From Callorhinchus milii (taxonomy: Eukaryota), in the NCBI RefSeq assembly GCF_018977255.1, contig NW_024704742.1, forward strand, positions 32,552,001 through 32,616,000: a DNA stretch of 64,000 bases. The letters are read 5' to 3'. The translations under genes and the position numbers were made by a program. Under the pieces are notes generated by a model, which had not been told where the DNA came from, searched no databases, and saw nothing but the letters and a program-made list of their open reading frames with translations. Below are positions 1 through 11,957 of the stretch, one piece after another; position 1 is the stretch's first letter; every line of letters starts with the position of its first letter.

Positions 1-1390
1 TTTCTCTTCGCACAAAATAAAATCAACAAAAACGAACAACAAATTGCATTTATATAGTGCCTTTCACATCTGCTTTTTGTTTGGTCTGAGTCAGAGACTG
101 GCCGAGGAAAGAGATGCCAGTCCCTAGAATAATAATAATAATCTTTGCATTTGGTATAGTGCTTTATCATGTCAGCAGGATGTCTCAAAGCGCTTCAGAG
201 AAATTATTGTGAAATGGAGTGACTAGGCAAAACACAGCAGCACAATTGCACACAGCAACGTCCCACAAACAGCCATGAAACAAGTGACCAGTTTTATTTG
301 GAAGGTTGTTGGCCAGGACTCCAGGAGAGAGAAACTCCCTCTTCCCCTTAAACACTGCCAAGGGATCCCCAACGTCCACCTGAGCAGGCAGATGGGAAGT
401 TACAGTCCAAACCCCAGAAATCACTGCATGTTAGAGCGCTCGTAGACAGATCTCTGGATTGCTGCATTCCTGTACATTGCTGAATAAGTACACCACATCT
501 AACGCAAGCCTGGGCATGAGGGCACACGGTGCCTGTATGTCTGACACACTTTAATCATGAGCATCTTACAAATAGGTTAACATCTTTTCATTCAGCCATT
601 CCTACACATTGCATGCACTTTGATCTTTTTTTATTTACAGAGAAAATACGGTTAAATAAATAAATGAATAATCCATTGCATGACTTATTTTCACAATAAC
701 TTCAGGGTTAAACTTGGCAACAATATAATAATAATAATAATCTTTGCATTTGATATAACACCTTATCAAGTCGTTGAGATGTCTCAAAGCACTTCACAGA
801 ATATACCGTAAAGTGAACTGACCGTATATTTGTGGGCGAAAGGCAGCAGCCAATTGCACACACCAATGTCCCACAAACAGTCATGGATTGGGTGACCAAA
901 TTATCATTATTACTTTTTTTTTCACAAGTGTCATTCCTGCGAATTGTGTATATGAAATTGCACATTAGAATACATCAACAGAAAGTAATAAGTTGCTGAG
1001 CTATTTTCCCGAGGTGCGTGTTAATAATAATGCTTGCATTTGATTTAGCGCTTTATCGGGTAGTTGAGACGGCTCAAAGCGCTTCGCAGGATATACCGTA
1101 AAGTAAATTGACTGTATATTTTGTGCAGCGAAACGCAGCAGCCAGTGTCCCACTGTCAGTCCTGGATTCAGTTTAGGGATTGTTGGAGGGGTTATTATCC
1201 CCAGAAAGCCATCTGCTAACAACTGGATTCCTACTTGCTGCGGGTAAACAGGGGTGTCGGGGGTCATGGGGTGGTTGAGACCTCTCAAGGGGCTTCACAG
1301 CATATAATGTAAAGTGAATCGACTGTGTATTTTGTGGGTGAAACGTTGCTGTGTGAGTTGTGCAGCTGCAGACGAGTGCCTCTTTCTTAC

Positions 1391-1491
1391 CTGCTGCTGC
1401 TGCTGCTGCTGCTGGTGCTTTGCTCCGCCGCTGCCCACAGAGAGAGTGAGGACACAGTCAACACTTTCACGAATAAAGCCCACATCTTCAT
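1391..1491 (-). CDS. NPNT: Nephronectin coding exon 1 (signal peptide): MKMWALFVKVLTVSSLSLWAAAEQSTSSSSSSS(R)
   Basis: VSSLSLWAAAE resembles the human NPNT signal peptide VSSLYLQAAAE. The exon ends in phase 2 (AG|gtaaga, donor at 1390) within an Arg codon, as in human exon 1. It lies downstream of GSTCD on the same strand (conserved synteny). The start could be ATG 1491 or 1485. Confidence 0.85.
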
Positions 1492-2400
1492 CCGCTCTGC
1501 ACACAGAGACCCCACTCCACTCCTCCTGGCGATGGATGGGCTTGAGATGCGCCTGGACCTTTGGGTTTTGCAGCTGCTGTCTCTGGTTCCCTGTTGGGGC
1601 ACTGTCTCCCTGGAGAGGAGAGGAGAGCTGAGCTGCACTCACTCACTGACTCACTGACTCACTCACTCACTCACAGTGGATTGACTTCTGTCCCAGATCA
1701 GCCAGGGAGGAGATCGACCCTTGTTTGCTCCTCCTTCACCTCCCTCTACCCCCCCCCCCCCCCCCCCTGGGAAAAAGGATCACTTCTCCTGGGAAAAAAG
1801 TCTTGTGAGAACTCCCTTTGAGAGAAAGAAGGGTGGATCTGGTCAGTGGATCACTCACTCCCCAGCCTTTGGAGGAGAGACATAGCAGCCCTGCAAACAG
1901 TCCTGGAGAAATGCCAGTCCTCTCTTCTGGTGGTTGGATCTCCTCACTGTTAGTGATCTGTCTGTCTGTCTGTCTGTCTGACTCAGTGACTTGTGCTGCA
2001 GATTGCACACTTGGTCTGAGTGCAGTTTTCTGTCGCTCTCTCCTCTCCTCTCTTCCCCCCACCACCACCCCCTGTGCAGTCAGATCTCTCTGCGGTGTTG
2101 CCTCTCCCTAGTGGAGAAATCTGATTTCATCTGAGACATGCAGTGAGGAGGGGAGGGAGGGAGGGAGGGAGGGGAGTGTGGGGGGTGGGAGGGAGAGTCA
2201 GAGTCAGTCAGTGTGTGGCACAGGGAGGTTAAATCTGCTCTGTCTGTGTGTGTGTGTGTTGTGGCATGATATGAACACTGGAGAGAGTCAAGAGAAAATG
2301 TGTGTGTGTGGGGAGGGGGGTGTGGGGGAGAGAGAGATCAGCTCCCCCCCCCCCCCCCCACTCAGCTGCTGTCAGTTCATCGCATTAACATTGCAAGTGT
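1492..2400 (-). promoter_or_regulatory. NPNT: Putative NPNT 5'UTR and proximal promoter, GC-richer and low-complexity
   Basis: Immediately upstream of the NPNT ATG and free of SINE/LINE pieces. Contains (CACT)n at ~1637-1674, C19 at 1749-1767, (CTGT)n at ~1958-1980, (GGGA)n at ~2150-2175, (GT)n and C16 at 2344-2359. The TSS cannot be determined from sequence. Confidence 0.5.
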
Positions 2401-3974
2401 AATATCCTTCTGCATTGCCTGTTTGGTATTTTGCACGCAGCCCAACTCAGCCACAGAGAGAGGGAACTCTCCAGAGAACAGGACATGTCAAAACAGAAGA
2501 CCCACACGTTAAATGAAACGGTCGTTCAGGGTTTAAAGGTAGAAAACGTGCATCAAAAAAAAAGCAGGTTACACACGCACTGAAAAGGAGTTGGGCAGTA
2601 CAAGCACAAGCCCAGTGTCACTGTGTGGTGTGCAACTGCTTCAGTCGATCTGTGCACTTTTGTTTTATTTTCTCTCCGTAAGAGTTGCACATCACGCTAA
2701 CTGAGCAGGTGGTGGTGTGTCTGAGGCTGAGGGTGATCAGCACTGACCCATTGCCAGCATCATCTATCTGCAATGACTCGAGGACAAGACAGACAGGACA
2801 TGCGAACACAGTCCTCTGGCTTTAAAGACTATTTCTAAAAGGGGTGGCATTTGGAATTGTACCCTTCACTTACAATTCACTCCAGCTCTGTGTTAAACCG
2901 TGGCTGAGAGCAGATCTGACACCAGATGTTAACCTGTGCTGTTTAAACCATTTTCACGTGTTATTCCCCCTGTGTTAACGAATCCTGACACATATAGTAA
3001 GAGACAGCATTCGCGAGGCGAGATTGAGACTATGAAACAGACCAAGAAGGTCACTGATCCCTTGAGTCGTTTTTGAGTAAAAGTTATCTTGAATAGAACA
3101 TATCCCACGATCACTATCCTTGTTTAGATTTATGGGTCACCGTACAGGTTCTGCAGCATGAATTGACTGCAAAAGCTATCTTTTCATCACTGTTGCCCAT
3201 GACACTCTCCCCAAAGATTGCAGTGATAAAACAATAACCCAAATCGAAGGTAAGCAGTGTTAAGTGGGGAGTGTACCAGGTAGGTAAGAGCATCTTAAAG
3301 TCTTGTGCTGGGTTAGCTCTTCTGCAGCTCTCACTTAAGAGCTGCCCTGGTATATAACACAGCACTTGGGGGGGGGCAATCTCAGCTGGGAATGTAGGAC
3401 CCTCACAGAGCAACTCAAACTAAGGTTAGCAATTGCTCACCCCTAACAGTGCACTCGAATTCGTCCCAATAAAGCAGTTTTTTTACAAAAAAAATAAGAT
3501 CAATAAAATAATGAAGAATTTTGTTTTAGTGAACAATAACTGAAGCACCAGATATATTCAGTCTATTCTAAGATGGCACGGTTTTCCTTATGCAGTACAT
3601 CCAAATTGCCTGGGTGTATTTCGCTTGAGAACATTTTAGCACATGCAAGAGTTGACAAGACAGTGTGACAGATTGCACGCTGCGCCAGTACAGGAATAAA
3701 CAGTTTCACTGAGAGTGCATGAGTGCTGGATGGGGGTCTGCTAGTGCTCTTACAGACCTCCATCAGTTAACGATTGTTGCAGTACCACCTAGTCTGTAAA
3801 ATAGCACCTGAACTCAGCCCGACCCAGCATGTCAGAATGATGCTGCATCGCAGTGATTGAGTCTGTCTGCAAAGTCTTCAAATAAATAAATGCAATCAAT
3901 TATGCCGTGTGCTTTTTTTTTTGCAAAGCAAATGCTTCCTCTGTTGTTCACATCAAAAGGTCCATTACTTGGGG

Positions 3975-4006
<32 letters not shown>

Positions 4007-4216
4007 AAGGGTTGTGACAAGGGGAGAGATGACCACAGAGCCAGGCTGCAAACGTTGCTCTGCCGGTGCAAGCGAGCGATGCAAGCAAAGGCATTCCCAA
4101 AACAAACCAGAGTGGCATTTAAGTGAGTAACAACGAGCAGTCTTTAAGCAAAAAAAAAATTTGGACATCAATTATCAAGATACCTGCAGCATGAATCAGG
4201 AGTACACTGAGAGAGA

Positions 4217-4256
4217 GGGTGAGGGAGCAATGCGGGTGAGGGAGCAATGCGGGTGA
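4217..4256 (+). repeat. 17-bp tandem duplication GGGTGAGGGAGCAATGC x2.3
   Basis: Read directly from the sequence. Confidence 0.9.
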
Positions 4257-4619
4257 CAGCAAACAACTGCAGAAGGAGGTAATCAGCAGAGTCCAGTCTC
4301 ACAAAAAGAAAATGCTCATTATTTTGTCATATCTTCAGCTATGAATCCCAATTTGTACCTATCCCTGCTTTCTACTCAGCAGACCAGAACCACTTTTCGA
4401 ATATCATCATTAATATTTCTCTTTCATAAACCTTTACAACTGATGCAACCGCTTGCATGGATCTGATAATTTTTGGATATCAAATGGCAAGTCATTTAAA
4501 AGAAACAAATAAATACGTTACTAGGATATTTACCGTCTTGCATTACATGGCGTACGGTAATAAGTGATGTTTGAGGTGACTTATGGACAACTTGAGTGGT
4601 TCAGAGTTGGTTTGGATAA

Positions 4620-5120
4620 AATCTGTGGGAGAGACGACAGAGGCTGGGATTGTTCTCTTTAGAGCAGGGAAGGTTATGCGGAGATTTATTGGAGGTGTTC
4701 AAAATTATGAAGGGTTTTGATAGAGTAAATAAGGAAAAACTGTTTCCATTGGCGGGTGGGTCGGTAACTAGAGGGCACAGACACAGCACAATACAAAATT
4801 ACATTTGTATAGTGCCTTTCACATCGGGAGGATTCAAGATAATTGATAAAAGAACCAGCGGAGAGATGAAAATGTTTTTTTCCTAGGGAGTTGTTCCGAT
4901 CTGGAATGGACTGCCTGAAAGGGTGATGGAAGCAGATTCAATAATAACTTTCAAAAGGGAATTAGTTATACACGTGAAACAAATAAAAGTTATAAAACGA
5001 ATAAAGGGTGTAAGGTTATGGGGAAAAAACAGGGGGGTTGGGTCTAGTTGGTAGCTCTTTCAAAAGCATGATGGGCCGGCCATGTGGCCTCCTTCCTTGC
5101 TTTAAGATTGTATGATTCTA
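4620..5120 (+). mobile_element. Degraded CR1 3' fragment with an inserted L2-type tail (~4790-4830)
   Basis: GLFSLEQGRLCGDLLEVFKIMKGFDRV frame and CR1 3'UTR-like end. Confidence 0.8.
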
Positions 5121-8100
5121 GGAGTATCATTGGTGTAAAATGATGGGCCAGGGATAGATGGCTTAAGTGACTGAATTGGAAGGAATGGAAGGAAGCTCAT
5201 GGTGAATAAAAGTTAGTAATATAGAATAGGAGGTGGACTTGAGGTGACATCGTAAAAATGGTAATCAGCCTTGCAATAGAAGGCCGGCAATGGTAAATAG
5301 GAAAACATGTTGGGTCAGTGACTAGTGCAGTTCTGTAGCTTTTGTTCCAGGACCTCTACTGATCACACAATTCATGAATGCTGGGAAGGAGAGAATTTAT
5401 TGTAATATTTGTTGAAAATATCAAGCTATATGGGAAGCTGAATATCATGAGGATAACAACATTCAGGAAGATATGAAGCAATTCAGCAGATGAATCAGAT
5501 GGAACTTGAATTAATGTTCATTGAAAACATGGTATCTAATTTGTGGGGGTGGCAGGGTGGCATCCCAGAGCACTTTATAACAGACATTAAAGTCACCTTC
5601 ACTCCTTATTCCAACATCAGTGCTTGTGTATTCGGCCACTCTTGTCTCCTTTTTCTGTAACTTTCTCCCCAAATCCCCTTGCCTTGCTCCTTCCCCTTCT
5701 ACTTCTTAAAAACCTGTGACCATGCCTTTAGTCAACACCCTTCAATTGTTTTCTCTACTCAGCACTTCCTTTGAGCCTCTTAAGCACTATATGATACATA
5801 TCACCAATGAGAATATATACATGGTATGATATACTCCCACTCTAACATGGAGTAAAATATATCCCACTATTATTCTTATTTAAATTGTGGGCATCAATAC
5901 CTTTGTGTAAGTTGTATGAATTGATTATAGAGCTGTCTTTTCATCACTGTTGCCCATGACACTCTTCGAAAAATTATAAATACAAAACCATCAACAAAAT
6001 CAAAGGTAACCATTGCGAGACATTGTTCCACGTGGCTATATAAATGCAAGTTGCTGTTGTAAGCGATGTTAAATGTATAAATATTGTATTAGTAAGAATT
6101 CCCAGACTCTGGGGAGTGTTCCAAGCAGGTAAAGCATTACCTTTTAAGGTATCTTCTGAAATCTGTTTTTGAGGCTGAACAACCCAAACTTAATCTAGTT
6201 ATTTCACATACCTCAGCCTCCCCCACCCAAGTGCGGATTCATCGCATTGTTCGTTTCTGTATTGCCTCTCGGGGACAGGGCACTGCTCCTGAGACCTGGA
6301 CAACCCATCATGGTTACAGTGGCCAGAAATGTGTGCAGTATACTGCAGTCTAACCAGACCACTGTAAGCTTGAGCATGACTTCTACAATCTAAATTCAAC
6401 TAGCCATATAGCACAGCAATATGTTTGCTTCCTTTATTATTGTCTCACCCTGGTTTGTACATTGTCAACATCAAGTCAACAGACAACTTTAGATCTCCAA
6501 ACTTGCTTCGTACATTCTACCCCATTTGCCTTTTTTAAAATTCCTATATGCATTACCTTGGTTTATCTGTGTTCATATCTTATGTATCAGTGATTAGAAT
6601 ATGAGCAATCCTGTTGATCTCTCTTTATAAGATCTGGTTATTGATAAGATTCAGCTCAAGGATATTATATCACAAACTGTCTCTTCAGGCAGCAGGTACT
6701 CATACAAACAAAATACTTATGTTCCTGCTCAGACTTGTCCTAGCCTAGTATAGAATGCATGTTTTATATGTAACATTTTCCTAAAAATTGGAAGGGATCA
6801 GTCATCCTTAACTTGACTGTAATTTAGATATATTGTATTTCAATACTTCATGCTGACTTGCATGTTACTCAAGTCTGGACTGCTGTGAAAACAGACATTT
6901 AATGTGAAATGTATTATCCACAAATGTCTTCATTGTATAAGTATGTACGCTTTATATTATTGAGGCTTGAATGTTTAGGTGTACCCCCTGCCCCCTTACA
7001 GCAAAGAAACAGAGAGCTTTTCTGCCAGTTATCCTGGTCTCAAGCCTTGGCTCTTGCCAACCTGCTCCTTATCCTCTTCAGAATCAGGTAAGCTTCCCTC
7101 CAGGAAGAGACTGCACAAGCTACTCCAGACGTAGGGAAGTTCCCAATGAGTAGTAACACATATGTGGTACTGTCAGTCTGGTTTGAATACTCTTCAGCAA
7201 GCTGATGGGTTTCTCCATGTGTCAGACCCTTAGCTGACCAAAAATAAATCCTATCCTATATTTTCTCTCATCCAAAATTCAACCCAAAATAATTGGATAC
7301 TCATTTTTAATGGGTTGTTTTTGGCACACCAGTGGAGTCAAGAAAATAAAACAATCATAAATTGGTCACTTCAAACCACGACTGTTTGTGGGACGCTGCT
7401 GTGCGCAATGGCTGCCGCATTTCGCCCTCAAAATATAGTTAATTCACTTTACAGCCTAGTCTGTGAAACGCTTTGAGACGTCTGGAAGATCTGAAAAGCA
7501 CTATATCAAATGAAAGGATTATTATTATTATTTGCTAAATTTGCTAGCACATGCAGGAATTGGCCAATATAGTCACTAAATGTTATAGTAATATCCTGTA
7601 AAACAGTTTGAGACGTTCTGGAGATGTGATAAAGCGATGTACAAGATGGAAGGATTCTTATTTTACTATTTACTTATTTTACTATTCATGCCATTTCTAG
7701 TTAATTTCATTTTGTAAAATGGTTAATTGAGAAAGGCCTTTGTAAACTGTGTTTGCTAAAAGGAATTAACAGTCTATGGTTCAGAAGACAATCAACTGTA
7801 CAAGCTTCATTCCTGCAAATCACAATGCCACATGTATCTCTCTAAACAGTATTGCCCTGCAGCTATGCATCAACTAAGATGTACCTAATCTGCATTAGCT
7901 CATACACTGGTTATACAGTAATGGGTACATACTATATGTTGAATATTCAAGTGGAGCATTATTATTATAAGGTCAGAATAATATCATATCATGTGGGTTG
8001 CCACACTTTGCCCACAAAGTATATTCTGTGAAGCGCTTTGAGACATCTCATGGAAGTGATAAGGCGCTATATCAAATGCAAGGATTATTACTATTATTGT

Positions 8101-9604
8101 CATAGTGTCTGATGGTTACCCTTATGAAAGGAAAAATGGGAAAAGTATATAACTTTGGAAGGACACTACTTTGTTACTAACTGCTATCCTTTGTATACTA
8201 CTACAAAAATGTACATGTGTAAAGCACTTTTCACGTCAGGAGGACATCCCTACATAGTGAACAATTATAAACTACTTGAACAAAGCTCTGATGCTATGTG
8301 TATCCCTACCCTGTGGAAGCATTCTCTGACACTGAAAGACTAATAATGTATGAAAAATTAATCCCAAATTGAGCTATGCTGGTCTGAGATTGAACTGATA
8401 TCCCATAATATTTCACATATGGAAACAAGCATTATACAGAAAGGAATGGGGCTTTTCTTTGCACAGATTAATACCATGCACCATCGAGCCTGCCAAATCT
8501 CAAGCCTTTTTTGAGTAGGACTCATCATATTGGCCTTAAAACATTAATTAATCTAACTTCTGTGCTCCTGTCTTAAAAAGTAAATACAGCTTCTTGATTA
8601 ATATAGGCTTGTGATCTAATTTACTCTGAAGTTGTATTCCTGGTAAAGCTCAGAGGTTTGTGGATGCTGATAATGTGGACCATAGGCAATATTTTACCAT
8701 TATTGTGCAAAAAGTGAAAAATAATGTAGAAATCGAGAGCTTCAGTGGGGGAAAAAAACAGCATTTGTTTAAAGTATGTACTTTTCTCCATTCAGCCCGT
8801 ATGCCTGGCTCATTAAAACTTTCCCTAAACCATGCCCTTTCAATCTAGAGGTCTCAAGTGTACTGTCTGATATTGTTATGCAAAATATCTGAGGGATTTC
8901 GTATTCATCTGAAATCAATGGCATTTGACCATAAAGTGAAAGGATAAAATGGTTTGCGGTTTGTCATAACCACTATTGGTAATTCACTGTCTTTGTTCTA
9001 TTGCTTCTTTCAGAAGTTATATAAAACCTGTGCCTGTTAAAGCTTCTTGAATGTGGCCAATTTTTTAGGAAACGAAAAGACAAAATTAACCTCTGCTTGT
9101 TTGGGAACTCCGAAATTTTCATTCCTATAGCAACTAGATGCAAAACAATCCCTGCATGATTAAACCTCAACAAGTCCTATATTTTGCTGCTTTGCTAGTG
9201 GAGGTAAAGATTTGATTTCTTATGTCTGAACAGGCAACAAACAGCAGCTGATGATGGATAAAGTATAATTTATCTAAGTTGATTTTCTTAAAGGTTCCCT
9301 GATGGACTAGTGGGTGAAAGTGACATCCGTCAAGATACTGGCCTGCGTTGAGTTAGCGGATCTCTAGCAGGGCAACAGTTGAGCTTATACAATGGTATAA
9401 TTGCCCCTTAAAGATTGGTTAAAATCAGTGAGGATTCCCATTCCTGGTCATTCAGCCCATTGTCCCTGTACCTCAAGTCCATGGTCACATCGTAGATGAA
9501 GAGTCTTGGCTGAAACATTAACCTGCTAGATGCTGAATAATCTGTCAGGTTAAATGGCCTCCAGGTTAAGAAAAAGACATTAAGAAACAGTAACAAAGGT
9601 ACAA

Positions 9605-9740
9605 ACAAAACACAAAATACTGCAGATGCTGGAAATCTGAAACAAAATCAGAAGTCGCTGGGAACACTCAGCGGGTCAGGCAGTATCTAAGGAGAAAGGA
9701 AAGTGAGTCAGCATTTCAGGTCCAAGACCCTTCATCAGTT
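9605..9740 (-). mobile_element. Single-arm copy of the same Penelope-like terminal repeat
   Basis: ctgcagatgctggaaatctgaaac...actcagcgggtcaggcag...gacccttcatcag; minus strand reads CUGAUGA-AGGGUC-UUG-GACCU-GAAA. Confidence 0.75.
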
Positions 9741-11332
9741 AAAGATATATTGGCAATAGTGATTGTATGGAGTATTTCATAGGTTGTCTGCATGTCAATC
9801 TGGCTCAGGTGGTAACACTTTTGCCACCGAGTGAGAAGTTTGTGGGTTCAACAAATTACATTTGTATAGCACCTTTCACATCGGGATGATGTCCCAAGGT
9901 ACTGAAAGTTAGCTCCAAATCAGGACTTGAAACTCATTATTAAGCTGATGCTCCAATGCAATGCTGGGGAGCATCAACTTAATAGTTTTTTTTTAAAAAT
10001 CCTGTCACCATTGGTTCCCAGTCTTTCTTGCCCATCTCAATGTTTCATTCAAACTTGCTACTAAAATTTTATTGCCACAAAACAAATTTTCCGTTTTAAA
10101 ATCTACTGACATCGCTGCCTGCTCTACATCGTTCCCGACAGGCATTAGTAAAAAAGATCATATAATTTAAACTATTTAGTTTCCCACCAAGAATCAGCTG
10201 TCAGCCTTTAACAAAGGAGGCACTGTTCTTATTACTAGGCTATTAGCAAACAGTAAACAGTAAATGCTTCACAAGAAGAATTCAATTTGATTGTTGATTC
10301 TCAGGTGGACATCGAGTTTAGTTTGGTACTGGATAATAGTGTTCCTATTCATCATTGTTCATAAAATAATTCCATAACAATACATCCCAAATAAAACAAA
10401 ATTCCTCTTGTAAGAAATGTTCTGTCAACCTATTTGCAATTGAGTATCTGAACAGGTGTCAACTTGCATCTGCCATTCAAACCCACTGGCCTTGGGTGGT
10501 TGCCTCCTTTTGGTGCAGGTGATGATGACTCAGACATCAAACCTGTGCCTCCTGCTGATTAATGGAAGAGCAGGATTAATACTCGTACCACCATTGTTTT
10601 AAGGAGAAGCAGTGTTGAACAGTCTATAAATAAAATCTGAAGATAATGGGATCAATTTAGTGGTACGTTTAACATTCATCATATTGAATATTCACGGGGT
10701 ATGATGGAGATCCATGAAAAATTTGTAGCAGTTGACTTCCAGATCTCAGCATTTGACTGCCGGTCAGAGGGATATTAGCTTTGTATTCAAGTGGCCAGGA
10801 GACATCACCATTGACAACAGAGTCAGGGGTCTGACTCTGGCACACCTAAGACAGAGTTAGAAACACAGGAATCTAAAACACTGAGAGGAGGCCATTCGGC
10901 CCATGCAGCCTGCTCAAAGAGCAGGGAAATCAATTTTATCCCAGTGCCCTGGATTATCCCCATCCCCCTGCAAGTTCCTCTCTTTCATAAGCAGATTTGA
11001 TGAGCTCAATATCCAATTCACCAAAAACTAGCTTGATGAATAACTGATTAACAAAGGAAATTCATCACCCGACCTTCAACCTTCAACGTTTTTGGACCTT
11101 GAGGAATTTGGCCTATTCTGGCACCGGCCCCATTGCTTTTTGTGTACAAGATGATCTATTGAGATAGTGAAGCGTTCTAGATTAGCTGTAGTGATAAGAC
11201 GAGAATCATATCCCACATGTTATAAAGGAAACAAAATATAGTTTATGATGATCCATCACTCCGACTTTTGGGAGCTGAAATGCGATTTTGCATGCATGAA
11301 TGCCCTAAAACTAACTTTACAATTTGAATTGA

Positions 11333-11338
11333 TTTATT
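11333..11338 (-). terminator. Candidate GSTCD polyadenylation signal (AATAAA)
   Basis: First canonical AATAAA I noticed on the minus strand, ~450 nt after the GSTCD stop; no transcript evidence. Confidence 0.3.
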
Positions 11339-11781
11339 TACAAAAGACATTCAAACTTTCTTGTCATAGCTATCCAACAGTAAAAAAATGATTCTGACAA
11401 TTTGTAGGTAAAACATCATTCAGCAGAAAAGCAGTTTAAAAATGTAGAATGTCGACTAGAGCTCAGATATGTTAAAATGAGATGAATGTCAGTGACAGCA
11501 AAACAGGCTTGCTGTGTTTCCAATGAGCTGATCCTTCCCACCGCCTCACTCAAACTCACTATGTGGGTCTCGATCCATTCTCACACCAGGGTGTAAGAAG
11601 AAGTCATTTGTCACAAGCAGTAGTGGGATTAGGGACGCTCTGCCTATTGTCTATGAAACAAAGCCTCTTCGTGCTGCTGCCCTCTTCGCAAAACAAAGGT
11701 TAAAGCTGTCTTGATGGCTGCTTGACAGGCACCAGGCCATGGAACAGCTTGTTCCTCTAGCTGTCCTCACCAGGGCTTTGA

Positions 11782-11957
11782 TCACTGGGTTTGTGTCACT
11801 GCATTTGGTTTGAAGTCATGGCTTGGGGAACGTCCCACTATCAAGTTGTTTTTTGGTGAACAGCTCTCTGGCTCCATAGACGTCACAAAGACCTTGTAGT
11901 CATGTTCCTCTGCAGCCCAGGCTCGATCCAGATCTACCAGCCCCATGCAGTTCTTTC
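11782..11957 (-). CDS. GSTCD: GSTCD last coding exon: (G)KNCMGLVDLDRAWAAEEHDYKVFVTSMEPESCSPKNNLIVGRSPSHDFKPNAVTQTQ*
   Basis: Matches the human GSTCD C-terminus (KQCMCLVDLDRARAAEE...SMEPESCSPKNN). Acceptor tttcag at 11958, phase 1; stop ends at 11782. Confidence 0.95.

Noticed and set aside
1295..1657. Overlapping poly-Q, poly-C and poly-L ORFs
   Set aside because: These are alternative frames and strands over the NPNT exon-1 CAG repeat; only the poly-Ser frame has a signal peptide and a matching donor phase.
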